A stretch of DNA of 64,000 nt from Camelus dromedarius (Eukaryota), in contig NC_087437.1 of assembly GCF_036321535.1 (NCBI RefSeq), positions 22,322,001-22,386,000 of the forward strand, written 5' to 3'. Positions 1 through 13,719 of the stretch are shown in pieces. The number at the start of each line of letters is the position of its first letter. The first letter of the stretch is position 1. Under the pieces are notes generated by a model. The model was not told where the DNA came from, searched no databases, and saw only the letters and a list, made by a program, of their open reading frames with translations. Both the position numbers and the translations under genes were made by a program.

Positions 1-914
1 CCTCTCTTAAAAAACCACCACCTCCTACAATTAAAGAAAAAAAAATCTATAAAAGTAGACATGTGGGGGTGAGGTAGAGTGGGGTGAATGAACAGTAAAG
101 GAACTTGCCTATTAAATGTGGGGAATAAAAAAGAAAACCAACTTAGACACTGGATCAAACAGTACACAGAGGAGAAGTCTCTTAGTACAGTGCCATCTGG
201 AACAACTATGAATTTTAATTAAGAGGAGGAGACATAGCTTTTGTCTGTTTAACTTTTTCCATCTCTTCTTATTATTACTAGTAGATTGATTCCATTTCTT
301 GCACCCTGAGGCTTTTCTTGTTTCCTATCGTTTGAACTTAGAAGTATTTTCCTCTGCCCCTGACCTCTCCGCCCCCTCTCCCCTTCACTCGGCTTAATTC
401 TTCCACAAACATCCTCTGTCTATGGCCACCTACTGGAGATACAGAAATATCCCTAACATCTTTCATGGTCAGTGTACTTGGGGGTGATACTCTGAATGTA
501 ATACAGGAGTAACAGGACATTCAGATCTCAAAATTTTGGTGTGTTCCCACACTGTTCTGGGATATGGTAGTAACAAGATATTCCAGGCTGTCTAGGGGGC
601 AGATCCAGTACCTGTAGCAATGTCTATGAGGAACAGTACCAGTTCTTCCAAATTTGTTCTAAACTCAGTGCTAACTAGTCCAATCCCCAGCTTTCATGTT
701 CCACTGGAAGTTGCAAACCTAGATAAGCTGTTCTTGCCAAGAAAAGAAAGGTTCCGGGAGGCTCCTCCCTTGCTGCCAGCAACGTGTGTCAACAGAGGAA
801 GTATTTCCACATGGACGTTTCTGCTGTGTGTACAAGTACTGTCTGTTTTCCCTGCCTACCTGGGTTTTCATCAATAATAGCTATCTAGAAACCAGAGTCT
901 GAGCTGTCTTTGAA

Positions 915-1195
915 AAAGTAAACTATTACATGTTACTGTAACAGTGGATACACGTCCTTACATATTTGTCAAAACCCATAGAATGTGCAACACAAAGAAT
1001 GGACCCCAAGGCAAACTATGGACTTTAATAATAATGTATCAATATTGGCTCATCAACTGTAACAAATGTACCATACTAACGCAAAATATTAAGAACAGAG
1101 GAAACTAAGTGCAGAGTGAGATGGAGTATCTGGGAACTCTGTACTTTCTGCTGAAAATTCTCTAAACCTAAAACTGCTCTAAAAAGTAAAGCGCA
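915..1195 (+). mobile_element. L1MC-type LINE-1 3' end fragment (L1MC1-3-like)
   Basis: Matches recalled L1MC 3' UTR: 'catatttgtcaaaacccatagaatgtgcaacacaaag...aactatggacttt...aataatgtatcaatattggctcatcaactgtaacaaatgtacca...aacctaaaactgctctaaaaagtaaag'. Confidence 0.85.
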
Positions 1196-4100
1196 GTAAT
1201 ACAAAGTCGTTTATCATGTCTTTGGTTTCAAGATCTTCGATAATACTAACGTTTGTTTCACAGAACCATTCTGAACAGCCTGAAGTGACAACAGTGAGCC
1301 ACAAAGAAGTGATGAACTTCTGCCATCTTACAGGGGACACGAGTCGAGATGCCCCTGCTCACGTTCATACACCCCCTCCCTCCACCTCCGTGATTCAAGA
1401 CCCTACACAGTATTCAAAGCCCAGTTCCTGCCCTCCCGTATGTCAGAACACCCAGTTCTCCCCTGGGAAGTAATCTCATCCTTCTTGCTTGAACTTTCCC
1501 AGCTCCCACAGGTTGCAGGCAGGGCTTCTCTTGCTTCTATCACAGGTTAGTGTTAGCTGCTGGAGGATGTCTGGGTTGTGCTCCCCGATTAGCTTGACCC
1601 CCTCCCCCATCACCCTATCTGTCATGGAACCGAGGGACTGAGAGAACAGTGCCTGGATTTTTCCTCTCTGGTAATGCTGTTCTTGCCTGTCTGCAAGTGT
1701 GCATGTTTTGTGCTGGTTTATATTTTGCATCAACCCTGCTTGACCTCATTTGACCCATTTAAGGATCTTGTCAAAGAGCCCTGAAAATATACCCTTATTG
1801 CCTGTTGGGGGCCCCAGACTTTCCACTCAAGTTGACCTTTACATGTGGCACTTGCTCTAAAAAGGTCAGGAATGTTAAGAGTTGGCTTTCAAGAATTCAA
1901 CCATTTAGGAACAGGGAGTTTGTTTCTGAGCCTCAGTACAGCCATTGCTCCCTAATGCTCACAATAAATCCTAGCGTATAAGGGATGTTTCCTAGTTAGG
2001 GCAACTTTACAGATCTGGTAATTTATTGTCCCTTGAAGGGTGTGTGTGTGTGTTTGGGATGGAAGTGGCAATAGGGGAGTAGATGGGTTAGAGAAGAAAA
2101 AAGAGAATCTGAGACCAGGAGCAGAACAGGGTACTCAGCAGAGTCATGAGTGCCGAAATAGCCAAAATGAAAAAGTAAATGCTTGTAGACCCTGTAAAGA
2201 AAACTCCCCTCTGTTTTAGTATCAGTGGATCGCTAGTGGGATGAAATCTGAAATCACTGATTAGCAAAACAATTTTGATTTTCCATCAAGTCCTTGGAGG
2301 GAGGGGTGTTAACACTGGAGAAGCTGGGCTTACCCCATGTGACCCTCTGCTCCAGTGCTCTGCTGGCGCCTGGGCTGACCTGCATGGCTGCTCCTCTTGC
2401 CTGGTGGGGTCTCAGGGCTGATACAGACCCGCTTGCTTCTAGGCCGAGGAGCATGGTTTCCATTCCATTCATCTCCCCGGGATGCCTAGCAGTTCCCCTT
2501 TCTGGACACACCAGTCCCCTCCTCCCCAGGGACTGGGGTCCTCACTGGCGGGGCCTGGGAGCCCGATCCGGATCCCTCAGTGTTTTTCTCTTTCCCACTA
2601 GCTTTTCTTCAGCACCTTTACTCCCTGCAAGCTGGGCTGTGTGGTTTTTTTTCTCCATGATATAGTGGGGGAGGTAATTAGAAGGAAATCCTGAGAAAGA
2701 GCTTTTGAAATACTTTTTAAAAAATGCTGGAGGCGCAATTCTTGGAAAAGAGGAATTTGGCCGGGCTGTGACCCACCACACCAGGATTTGAGCCGGGGAG
2801 GAGGAAACAGCTGGGGAGGTGAGGGATGCTCTGTGCCACCTGATCTGGCCAGAGCATCGGCAGGGGCAGTGTGAGCAGAGGGCAGCCCAGCTGCATTTAA
2901 ACCAGCATGGACTTTAAGGCAGGAGAATAAAAGGATAAAGCATTATAAATGGGAAGTCAAGATGTTTGTGAATGGAACGAGCTCGGTCGTTTTATTTTAA
3001 ATCCAGTGCCAAGTGGTAGGGAGTGGACTTTAATAGCTTCAAGCCTCACTTTCAACACTGGGGACAGATAGCGCATCAGAAACTGAAAGGGACAGTCTTC
3101 AGAGAGTCTTCATCTATTTCTGAGGATTGTGCCCACGGGTCAACTAATCAGACCTGACTGTTAAATAAATGGCACCTGGAAATATCTCTTTTTCATTAAT
3201 TTTCATTTAAAAGTAGACAAGTAAGTGGTTTGGGTATGATTATCAGAGAGTCTCTCTAGGTACAAATTTATTATCAATGGCAAATATTTTAGGATATGGT
3301 TAGTTACATTTTCTTGGGTGTGAGTACCTGCCGTTTCCTGAAAATCATAAAATATCTTCCTTCTACTCGTAGCAGCAGTGACAGATCCCATTGTCTTGTT
3401 TCCACAATGCTTAACTGTGTCATAGCAAACGTCAATAGCCAATTAACTATCCCTTTGAATGTTTCAAATGTGACTTTTAATTAAGCATGTTAACCCGATG
3501 GATCATCGTTTGAGCAGCAACTAAAATAAGATTATAGGCATTTTCAACTTTTGGATGCCCACAGAGCATGAAGAGAACTTTATGAAGCTTGCATTAATGC
3601 ATAGTTCATTATAATGTAATTCTGTATTAGATATTCAGCTTATGCAGAGAGCCAAAATAGTTTCTGCTCTGTAGCGATGCCGATTTAAATGAGTAAACCA
3701 CAAGGAATCCAGGAAGCTTAACTCTTTGTGCATCTCGCGCTTATAAAAGAATTCTCTTGGGGCAGGATTGCTCCTTTAGTTAGTGGAGAGAGCAGAGCAG
3801 TTATATTTCAGGTGGGAGAGGGTGAGAAAGGACAGATGCGACATTTCTTCCGCACAACTGTAACTGATTAGGGACAATCCTGAGCATACCCTGAGCGCCT
3901 TCCCTTTACTCTACGTAGACAGCTGATCAGTTTCGCTGCACTGAGCAGTCAGGAGGCCGAGTTGCACATGAGAGGGACGAGAGAGGCTGGTGGGCTGCCT
4001 TGACCACATGGATAAGAAAGCATGTGCAACACAAATGCATAAAGAAACCCTGGGGAGGAGATGGATGGTGTTGTGCAGGGCTGCCATAAAGCATCCTGCA

Positions 4101-4339
4101 CACTATTGTTTAATAGACCTTTTACAATTTTTATAGCTTCCCGAGTTATTTTTGAATCAGTGCTAGCATTCAATTATTTCCTGTTGAATAAGGAACAAAA
4201 CAGGCCTGAAGACTGAAAGGAAAAGCTGCTGTGGGGAGTGATCTCTCCAGATGGAAGTTTTCTGGCAGATTGTGATTTGTGACTCAGAATGAGCCCAGAT
4301 CATGGTGCCATATGGATGGCAACGGAGCCTTCAGACACC

Positions 4340-5270
4340 AGCTCAGTCACTCAGCAGACTCCTGAGTTCCTACTATGCGTCAGTTACCAGCTGGGCATTT
4401 GGGAAACAAAGATGAGTAAGGGATAGTAGCTGCAGCCAGGGAGTCCATTCATTCATTCATTCACCGTTTACTGAGCATTAATGACGTGCATCGTATATTA
4501 AGGACTTGAATATATAAACATAGAGTAAATGACTATCTGGCAGTATGACAGTCAGCTATAAAAATGGGGAAAGGCTTCACAAGCATAGAAGTGGAGAGAG
4601 AGACTAATTATATCTGGCAGAGTCATAGGAATTTTCCCAGGTGACAAAAGGTGACATTCAGCCTGAATTTTGAAGCTGGATAAGGGGGTTAAGGGGAGGT
4701 GATGGGGAGGGGGGAGAGCAAGGGCCTTTCCTTTCCCAGCAAAGGAATAGTATGAGCAAAGTCATGGAGTTAAGGATTCATGCTTGGGAGGGAAAATAAG
4801 AAAATAAGAAACTGATTGTGGCTATAGCTTGTGGCTTCGTAGGTAGGAAATGGAACTAGGCAACCTCTGTAGGATCTTCGATGTCATGTTAGAGCTTCAG
4901 CTTTATTCTATATGCTGGGAATGGCAAATCCCAGAGCTCCCCACCTTCTAGCCCTGTGGCAGATGTCCCCAGTCTGCCATGAATGGCATTCTTTCTTCCT
5001 GAGCCCGAGCCAACCCATGGAATCATTCTCTGCCAAGGACTTTGGGAAGCTACCTCCACCTTACTGGGTTTGGAACATAGGAAAAGTATATTTACTGTCT
5101 CTGCTGTAGGCAAAGGAAGCTATCTAAGGTTTTTAAATACAGGAATGACAAAGTCAGATCTGATTGTTGGGAAGACTATTTTACTAGTAGTAAGGACTAC
5201 TAGTCTTTTATAAATACTAAGACTATTTTACTAGAGAATAGATCAGAGTGAACAGAATCTTGGTTGAGAA
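4340..5270 (-). mobile_element. L2 LINE fragments (3' portion, antisense)
   Basis: Reverse-complement L2 tail 'cattcattcattcattcaccgtttactgagc' near 4446, followed by degenerate L2 body ('ggtgacattcagcctgaattttgaag', 'agcaaaggaatagtatgagcaaagtcatggag'). Confidence 0.7.
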
Positions 5271-5297
5271 AAACCAATAGTAAACGTTTAATAGCTT

Positions 5298-5418
5298 AAG
5301 CTCTCAGCCCCGGGTGCACATTGAAATACTTGGGTGCTTGTTAAAAATATCACCTAGGTCCCACCGCCAACCAGTGAACCCAAATGATTCGCATGTGCCC
5401 AGGGGTTGAGATCCACTT
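5298..5418. mobile_element. MER5-type hAT-Charlie DNA transposon relic
   Basis: 'ctctcagccccgggtgcacattgaaatacttgggtgcttgttaaaaatat...tgattc...gggttgagatccact' resembles MER5A/B. Confidence 0.65.
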
Positions 5419-5549
5419 GTCTTGGTATTAGTTAGGGAGAATATTTATTAAACAGAGAGGTTTTATCTCCCTTCATGATGAGCTTGGAGAGGAGAGAAGA
5501 TGACTTGGGGAAGATGGGAAAGGACTGGCCATTGTTTGGCCTTTACTCA

Positions 5550-5775
5550 AATAGCACTGCTAATAGTGACTGTGCTTTCTTGGCCATCGACAATGTGTTT
5601 ATGTGTTTGCTAACTTGTATGCAGATATATCGTTTCATTTGATCCCCATGTTAATCCTCTAAATAAGTATGTATCATCCTCAATTTACAGCTGAAGTGAA
5701 CAAGTCTCAGAGACCTTAAGCAACTTGCTTACAGTCACAAGGAAATCCGATGCTCAGAGTTACAGTCTTTTCACT
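5550..5775 (-). mobile_element. MIR SINE
   Basis: Degenerate MIR core, antisense: 'atcctcaatttacagctgaagtgaacaagtctcagagaccttaagcaacttgcttacagtcaca'. Confidence 0.7.
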
Positions 5776-7334
5776 CCCCCACGTCACTTTCAGGACTTTA
5801 GATCACATGTAGAACACGGGAAATGCATTAGAAGAAATAAGAGCAGCTGGGGAGTATGTTGTTACTCTTACGTACGATCAAGTTCACTTTAGGAACTAAA
5901 ACCTGAGCCTCTTTTCTGTCAGGGAGGCTGGGCTGGCCCTGTGATCCAGGAAATGGGTGATTTTACACCTACTGAAGTCTTTCTGGGGAGGACTGAGGGG
6001 AATGCGTGTCTTTCTGGTCCAGACAAGGTAATTCCCACCCACCAGGACCTGTGTTTGCACTTTGTGATCTGGTTGGCCTAAATCCTTACTGTACGCGCAT
6101 CACATCACGGCCCTGACCAGGCGAGTTTGCTTGGTTGTGATTGCGGAACAAAGGTACAAAGAAACCTCTAAAATTAAGAGACACGTCGGCTCATTTTAAA
6201 TGTCCTTTTGCAAATGTCTAGAAACCTTGGATTTGTTTCACCAACTGTTATTTAGTGACCAATCAACACTCTGTGGCTGCCTAACTATTTGGGTGGTTTC
6301 AGGACTAGTAAAGAGGAGACTGGTGATAGCAGTAGCACGCACAGTAAACGCTGGCCTGAAACGTCAATTCTTTTATCTCTGCACAACCAAGGCAGCCACA
6401 TATGAGAGCCAGTAGCCGCGATGTGTGTTTAATTTGACAACCGTATCTCACCTACAAGCCAGCAGGCTGCTTCCTGGCCTGGGTGATAGACCTTGAAAGT
6501 TGGGCTTGAGGAGAAGCAAGTTATTGCAGTGAGGTGAGCCCCATGGCTTGCCCTGATAATGAAAGACCCCAGCAGAGGAACACACGACAGTGCAGAATTC
6601 CTAACTCCAAGTCTAAAGTCTTCAGTTATCAGATAGTATTAATTTCTAACAATGGAGCTAAGTAAGGGGTGTTTTATTTGTTTGTTATGATTTACTCCCT
6701 TGGGAAAATCTTATGCATGCCATTAGCATCTGCTTTTTTATCATTGGAAGGAGACCCTAGAACCTTGGCTTTCCAGCTGTGTTCCATGGACCTCCAAGAT
6801 TCCTCAGTGTGTAAGAGGGACCTCAGTGGATGTCATGGGTGGGAGAAGAAGGTAGGAGAGAGGGCTGGGCTCTAGGCTCTAGGATGTTCATCCCATCCCA
6901 TACCAACCAGAGAAGTTTTGCTTTTACTAATTTTACATTTGAAAACAAAGAAGAGCGCGGCACTAGACCTAAGAAACCCCTGGGTAGAGCATTTGCATAT
7001 GTCGGTCAGTTGGACTTCTTTTAATTTTAATTGTCTGGAAATCCAATTTCGATTCTGTGCATGTCTGGAAAAAGTAGCAGATAAGAGTTGTCACAAAGCC
7101 CATGAACCTGACTCTCAGGAGAGCTCTGGATCTACCTACATGCTCTTATACCATGGCCATGGACTTAAAATGGGTTTAAAGACAAGGTTTTTGATTTAAC
7201 AATCCTGGTTATTAAATTTCAACAGCATATATTAGCAGAGACCTGTTGGAAGCTGACGTGTTGAAAACGAATACAAGCCACAGCAGAAGAAGTGAGTTGA
7301 GACTCAGTCACCCACTGCACTGGAGGGACTGTCT

Positions 7335-7450
7335 CATAGTGGGTCAAAATGTGGACTCTGGAATCTAACAGATTTTGGGTCATGACCCAATTCAGACCTT
7401 TACTTGCTTTTTGACTCTGAGCCTCAGTATTCTCTTCTGCAAAATGGGCA
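7335..7450 (+). mobile_element. MIR SINE (5' part and core)
   Basis: 'tagtgggtcaaaatgtggactctggaatctaacag...ctctgagcctcagtattctcttctgcaaaatggg'. Confidence 0.7.
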
Positions 7451-7489
7451 CAGTGGTCAGGCTCTACTTGAAACTGACAGAGGACTTCT

Positions 7490-7680
7490 GGACTTTCCCA
7501 AAGCTTTCTTTTCATTTGCTCTAGCAGAATTCCCTGGGATACTGGTTAAGTGTACGGATCACCCTGCCCTACCCCAGGCTCCCTGAATCGGAATCTTTAG
7601 GGGGACAGCCACCAGTGATCTGAACTTTTACTCAGTGCCCCAGGGGATTCTGAACTGCCTCCACAATTAGAAACTACTAC
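7490..7680. mobile_element. MER5A-like hAT-Charlie DNA transposon
   Basis: 'cagaattccctgggatactggttaag...ccccaggctccctgaatcggaatct...ccccaggggattctga...ttagaaactact'. Confidence 0.7.
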
Positions 7681-8729
7681 GTTAGAGGCAGCCTGAAAAA
7701 CGGTGATGAAGGTTCTTGTGAAACTAAAGAATGAGAGGGGAATCTCCAGCCTATGGTGACCTGGCCTTGTACCCAAGTCCCTTTCTTTCTCAACCCGTGT
7801 CATCTCTGTTGGCAGAGTAGCACCTGCCTGGGAACTTTGAAAATCAGAGCCCACTGCTACTTCTTTTCAGGGCCCGAGTGGAACCAGTCATGACCCCATG
7901 AAGGAGAGTCACGTGCTTTTTGCTTTTCTGTCCTTAAGAAAAAGGGTAAAAGAAGCCACGAAGGATACTTGAATATCATTTAAGTGACTTTTGTATATCA
8001 GAGTCTAACATGGACGTCTCTTTGAATAACAAGTCCTATTAAAACACATACTCCCGTGTATTTGGAGAGGTATGGAATGTCCTTCCTGGACCAGGCTGAA
8101 AGCTGGCTGTAATATCATAGTGGTCTTGCAGAGTTTCAAAAAGGGAAAGAGCTCTCATTTTTGACTGCAATGTCAAAGAGTTATGGTTGTCAACCCAGTT
8201 GTGTCTAAATACATTTTAAGAGGCTTCACTGTCAATAAAACTGAAGTGTAAACATTTTCAGCCCAATTTGGTCTGTGTTTTTCTGTGTCAGACTGAAATT
8301 CCTGACAGGCAGACAGGGCAGTGTTATATTAACAAACACCTTTGTGAAACCCTTGGAAAGAGAAGGGGAGAGGGAGCCAGTCAGCTCTGTTTAATCACTT
8401 ACTTTTGATCTAACTCACTCCCAGCCCACACTGTGTATACAGAACTTGGGATATGCGTACTCATATTTTTAAAAGATCCTTTAAAAACGACAACACACCT
8501 GACCACACCCAAGCCAGGTGATGGCTTACAGGTGCTTGCTTCTATTCCCAGCAGCCACTGGGTAGAGGAGAAGAATCAGAACGGTGCAGGGCAGATCAGT
8601 CACCTTTACATTAAAAAAAATAATCCCAAACTTATAGCAGCCTGAGGATTTTATGTCTAGGCTGCCAACTTACCAAAATAGTCATGAATGTGGGTATGGT
8701 GGTTGGCACTCTCCCATTATGGCAATAGC

Positions 8730-8850
8730 TTCTTCCCACTTTGGAGATTAGAAAAAAGAGATTTAAAAAAGTTAAGTGACTTGTCCAAGCCACTCAGTTA
8801 TTAAGTGAAAGAGACAGGAGTCTTAACTCCTGTGTTTTGAATCCAAAGAC
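8730..8850 (-). mobile_element. MIR SINE fragment
   Basis: 'gttaagtgacttgtccaagccactcagttattaagtg', antisense MIR core. Confidence 0.6.
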
Positions 8851-10299
8851 CTTTTAAGTTGCACAAATCACACCACCTTTAACTTGTAACTTATGTGATC
8901 TGAAAGTTTATTCTCCTCTACTAGGCCTTCCTAGAATGATAACCAAGGAGTGGTTGAGACTGCTGGGAAACTTCAGATTCCATAATTTAAATCTCACGGA
9001 CGTCTCCTACACAAGGCTCTGTGTCAAGCGACAGCCCGCGGGATAGAATTTGGGCTTCCCTATGCCACTATCTGCCACTCACGGCCTCGCTCTCAATCAC
9101 CATCAGTAATTCTCCGAGTCCCTGGAATGCCACCGTGCTCTACCTCACAGTCTCCCCATTAGTGCTCCCTCCCGGTGAGGAGGCTCCTCTTGCTGCTCCC
9201 TGGGCAGGTGCGCTCAGCCCCTTCACTGCTGGGCTGCACTGCTGTCATCTTTGCCTTTTGTCATTAATCACAATTTGCTGCATGGGAGCCGAGTGGCTGG
9301 GGGGAAGAAAGGCAGTTTCCAGCTCCCTTGCTCACCTACTCTCCTCCAGCCTTGGATGAGAATCTTCTCTGCTTGCGTCCCAGGCTGCTTAATTCTCGCT
9401 CAGAACACAGCGTTCCTTTCCCCTCCTGCCTCCCTTACATCACATTCCCTCCTGCATTGACTTACTACTTTGTTCCTAACATGGACAAATCACTTTTCAG
9501 ATCCTTTGCACGGATGTTCTGAAGGCTTTCCTTCACACTGCATTGCCACGTCGTTGAAGACCGTTGTTGAGCCTGGTGAACAACAGTTAAAAAATTACCC
9601 AAAGAGCAGACTGTTGAGGAGTACTCCGGAGTTCTCAACAATCACATCCACTCGGATAATTTCCGTTCCTGTTCCGAAGCCGAGCTTGGCCGTGGTCAGT
9701 TCTGATCATTATGTTCACGTTAACAACTGTTGCTCAGTTCACTGTTTTCTTAACGATTATTAATGTAACTCTGGGAGTGACAACTGCTTCTGTAAAAGAA
9801 TGGTGCTGCCTGAATTATGGGGTGTGCTATATACAATTACAGCTCCCAAAAAGGTGTTAACTGACATGGCAAAAAAAAGCGATCAGGTCAAAGACTGATG
9901 CATAGGAGAAATCTCAAAAGCATTAAGGACCCACCATGAGAACTTCTGCATTGTGACATTGTAAACAAAATAATAAGTGACTGAGAATCATGGTTGATTA
10001 CATTCCTGTTAGAAGCCCTCAGTGCTGTTGTATCATGCTTAGTCTCCCAGGCATCCTTGCGTGTTGTTAGCCAACAAACTATAATTTCATGCTTGACTGG
10101 CCTAATACAGACTTAGGTTCCAGAAACTGTGCACAGCCATTCCACGCCACAAAAATGAAGTGAAAAGCAAATAAATAAATAAAATAGTGGGCAGAGGTCA
10201 AGAGACAATGCCCAACACTAACCTGAAATACAGCAAGTTGTTTGGTGGAATATATTCGTGTTTTTACTATCATTTAACTGCAGGACCTTTTTGATTACC

Positions 10300-10385
10300 T
10301 GCTGATAAGACATTTTTGAGAACATGTGCTATGTGCCAGGCATGGTGGCAGGCCTGGAGGCTAACTTGGTGAGAAAACAGGCACT
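10300..10385 (-). mobile_element. L2 3' end fragment
   Basis: 'acatttttgagaacatgtgctatgtgccaggcatggtggcaggcctggagg...gtgagaaaacaggca'. Confidence 0.6.
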
Positions 10386-13300
10386 AATGAGTGGTTGGAA
10401 TTTTTCAGTGGAAAACCAGGATGGGTTTCCATCTCAGCCTCTCTGTAGCTGGTGGAGTCTTTGAAGAACTCTGTCAGTGAGGTTTTGCTTTGGGCCGTGG
10501 CGGCTTCCCCAGGGCTCTCTGTTTGCTCCTTCTTCAAGGTTTCTTCTGGAAAAGGGCACCAATCCTTTTTCAGATGCAGTTCATAATAATTATTTGCCCT
10601 TCGTCTAGTCATCTATCTGTATTTCAGAATATACTCAGGAAAGGTCTTCTGCCCAGATCTTATCTCTGCTCAGGAGAGAGTCTCTTAAGGTCCAAAAATC
10701 TGTCTGCAGGCGCCCTTTCATTTACCCTAAGATGACAGTACTAATGGGTTGGTATGAGGAATGTAAAGAAGAGAGACAGGGAGTTTGTTGAAATTCATCA
10801 GTCATCAGGACAAAAGGTTTTTTTTATTCATTTCTGCATATTTTGTGCAGTTAGGATCATCTGAACTTTATCACTCTTGTTCGTAGCGGAATCATAATTA
10901 AAATGGAAAAGGGTACTTAGTTTGAAGAAAGTTCTTTAAGAAATCCTTAATGGAATTCTTAAGACTATCCCTCCCACCATCATTTAGGCTGAAAATTCTG
11001 CCCAAATGCCTTTTGGCACTTACATCGAATACAATCAATTCTTTTTTCTGGGTTTATCTCAGGATAGTATTCATTTGCTATGAGTGGGAAGTAGTTTTCT
11101 TTGATTAGGATGGTTTTCACTGGTTTTAGTGCCTCTGTTGTGCAGGCCTTTTGGAGGAGAGGGCTTATGGGTGCATCTGAGAACGTACATCTGAGATGGG
11201 ACCAGATTGGGAGCCTCCAGTGTTTGGTTAAGGATTTTCGGTGAGGGAGATTCCTCAGGAGGCCACTTGTAGAGCTTTTGTGGATGTATTCCCGTTTATC
11301 ATTGAACTGCCCGAGATTTCAAACACGCCACCCTGTGCTGTTATCCATGTAGGCACCAGAGTGATATTCACAAATAGAATAACCTTCAGGACCAAACAGC
11401 TGCCAAAAACTAGATTCGTCAAGATTAACTTGAGCAAGTTGTTAAAATTGGGCAATGCTTGTAGACACATATCCCTGTGGACCCCATATCACCTTATTTC
11501 AAAAGCCCAAACAAACTGAAAATTAGCTGCAAAAATTCCTATTGGGTGATCTGTTTAATCACTTGGGTAGGCGAGGTTATGTCTACATTATGTTCCAGCT
11601 GGGACATACACACATAAACATGTCTGTCTTCGTGAAAAGACTGTTCCTTCTTTCTGTCTTCTCTCTCTTTGAACAAATTGTCAAAACAACCCTCAAATGC
11701 TAGATAATAAAATCCTCAGATGCTAGTAATATAAAAATGACTGTAATGATACAAGTGGTATTATAGCCATCCACAGCACTGACGCTTTTACTGTTTTTCA
11801 AATCTGCAACTATCCTATTTTCTAGTCTTTATTCTTTTATTCACTGAAATAACTGATATGGGCAGTTTTGACACCCAGAGGAGGAGATAATGGTTTTGAC
11901 CTTAGTAGATGATTTGCTGTGCATCACATCTGGTAGGCTCAATACCAAAAAAGGTGAGGGATGCTCTTTTTCCTTGGTCTTCTCCTCCTTATTAGGAAAG
12001 GACTAATTCTGTGTGATCATGCACACACGAGCACATGTGTGAGAGGAAATATTAAATTTCTTTTGAATTTTTGTTTCGTAGTGATAGAAATAGGAGGCCA
12101 TATTTTTAAAATTCTTTTCTAGGCAAAGTTTGGGAATGAAGGAATAGAGTAAGCCAATTTTCAGAATGAGATGTTCCAGCAAGATGTTAAGAGGGAAAAA
12201 AGTAATTTTCAACAGCTAAGAGAGAACTGTCACAAGTGGTAGTCGATCAAATCAATGACATGGCTTCATAATGTGGTCTTGGATCCGGCAAGAAAATGCT
12301 CTGGAGAGAAAACTGCAGGAGTCCCTGTTGTGTCCCCCCCAGATGAATTTAAAGGGTCCGCTGGAACTTGGAGGGCTGTAAAGGTGGTGTGACTGCCACT
12401 GATTCTTCCTATGGTGTCAAAGATGACTCATGGTTATGTATAAAAAGAATATACTTTTGTCTCCTATCCATACTTTAAAAATGACACAGGAGATACATCT
12501 TTATCTAGGCTATTTACCCAGCATTGCTTCCCAGGAGTTCCCATTTAACTAGTCTCTCTCTGTGATCTGAGCTCTGAACAAGGTTCTGAGCCGTCTGTCT
12601 GAGCAACAAACAGTCTAAACTAACAGCCAGGTGTAGTGATCAATGATCTGAACAGCTTGCAAGTTATGGCTGAAAGAATAGCTTACCCATCAAACCCACA
12701 TAACTCCCAGAATAATGATGATTCTAGCTTTGGGGCTGAAAATTATTTAAATGAAAGATTATTTACAAAGGGAACAGCAGGGAGAAGAATCATGTAAATT
12801 AGATTCATTAAGTGGACAGATTCACTCACAGTTCATTTCGGGATAATTTATGCTGGTTTTCTCTGATGTCATCTGTTGTTCAGGTTAATAATTAGTCATG
12901 CTCATTATTAACTGATGGAGGTTGCTTTGTATTTTGGCAGAGGGAGGCATATTATTTGGGAAAGCTCCTATGCATATTCAGCTTTCAATATAAGTAGAGG
13001 GTTTATTTGCAAAAACGCAAATCTCATTTTTCCAAACAATTCAATACTCTGATGCATTTAGTTCTATGTTCTCAGGAGGCTTTGCAGAGGAATATATCAT
13101 TTTTTTTAACTAGTGTAGAAACGATCAAGACCAAAAGAAAACAGAGTAAAATGTTCCTTCCAACTCTGCAGTGCTTTCTGCTGAGAAGTAAAGATAATAT
13201 TTTAAAATATATTAAGAGACATCTCTTTTATAGGCCAAGTCACAGATCCCCTGAGAAATCCAATATGGTGATGATGACCATTTGCAAGTTTTTATGATCA

Positions 13301-13719
13301 GAAAATTAACTTTAAAATTCTGTTTTACAACTCTACCAAATGGAAGAAATATGTAGCTACGAAGGTGAGATATTAATCCATTTAGACCTTTTGAAATTCT
13401 TGGTGTAGCTTGTATCCTTTTTGTGTCTCAGTTCTGTGTAGTTTAGTGACTCTGACCTTGAGAAGGTGACAAGAATGATGCCCACTATTAATGTTGTTTC
13501 TTTTTTAAAAAAACAGTATTTCCTGACATGTAATTGTTTTTTGTTTTTCAAAAAATACTTGACCCTGTGCAGTATTTTACACTTACATCATTTCCCATTT
13601 ATAATTCTTTCTTGTTTCAGTGTGTTGGAGGGAAAAAAAAAAGATGTTATGCAGTTCTTTTAAAACATTCAACCAGACAGTAACAATCAGAACATTCTAA
13701 GCTACCCTGAATGTAAATT

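Noticed and set aside
2280..2900. GC-richer stretch as a CpG-island promoter
   Set aside because: CpGs are sparse relative to GpC; there is no island-like density.
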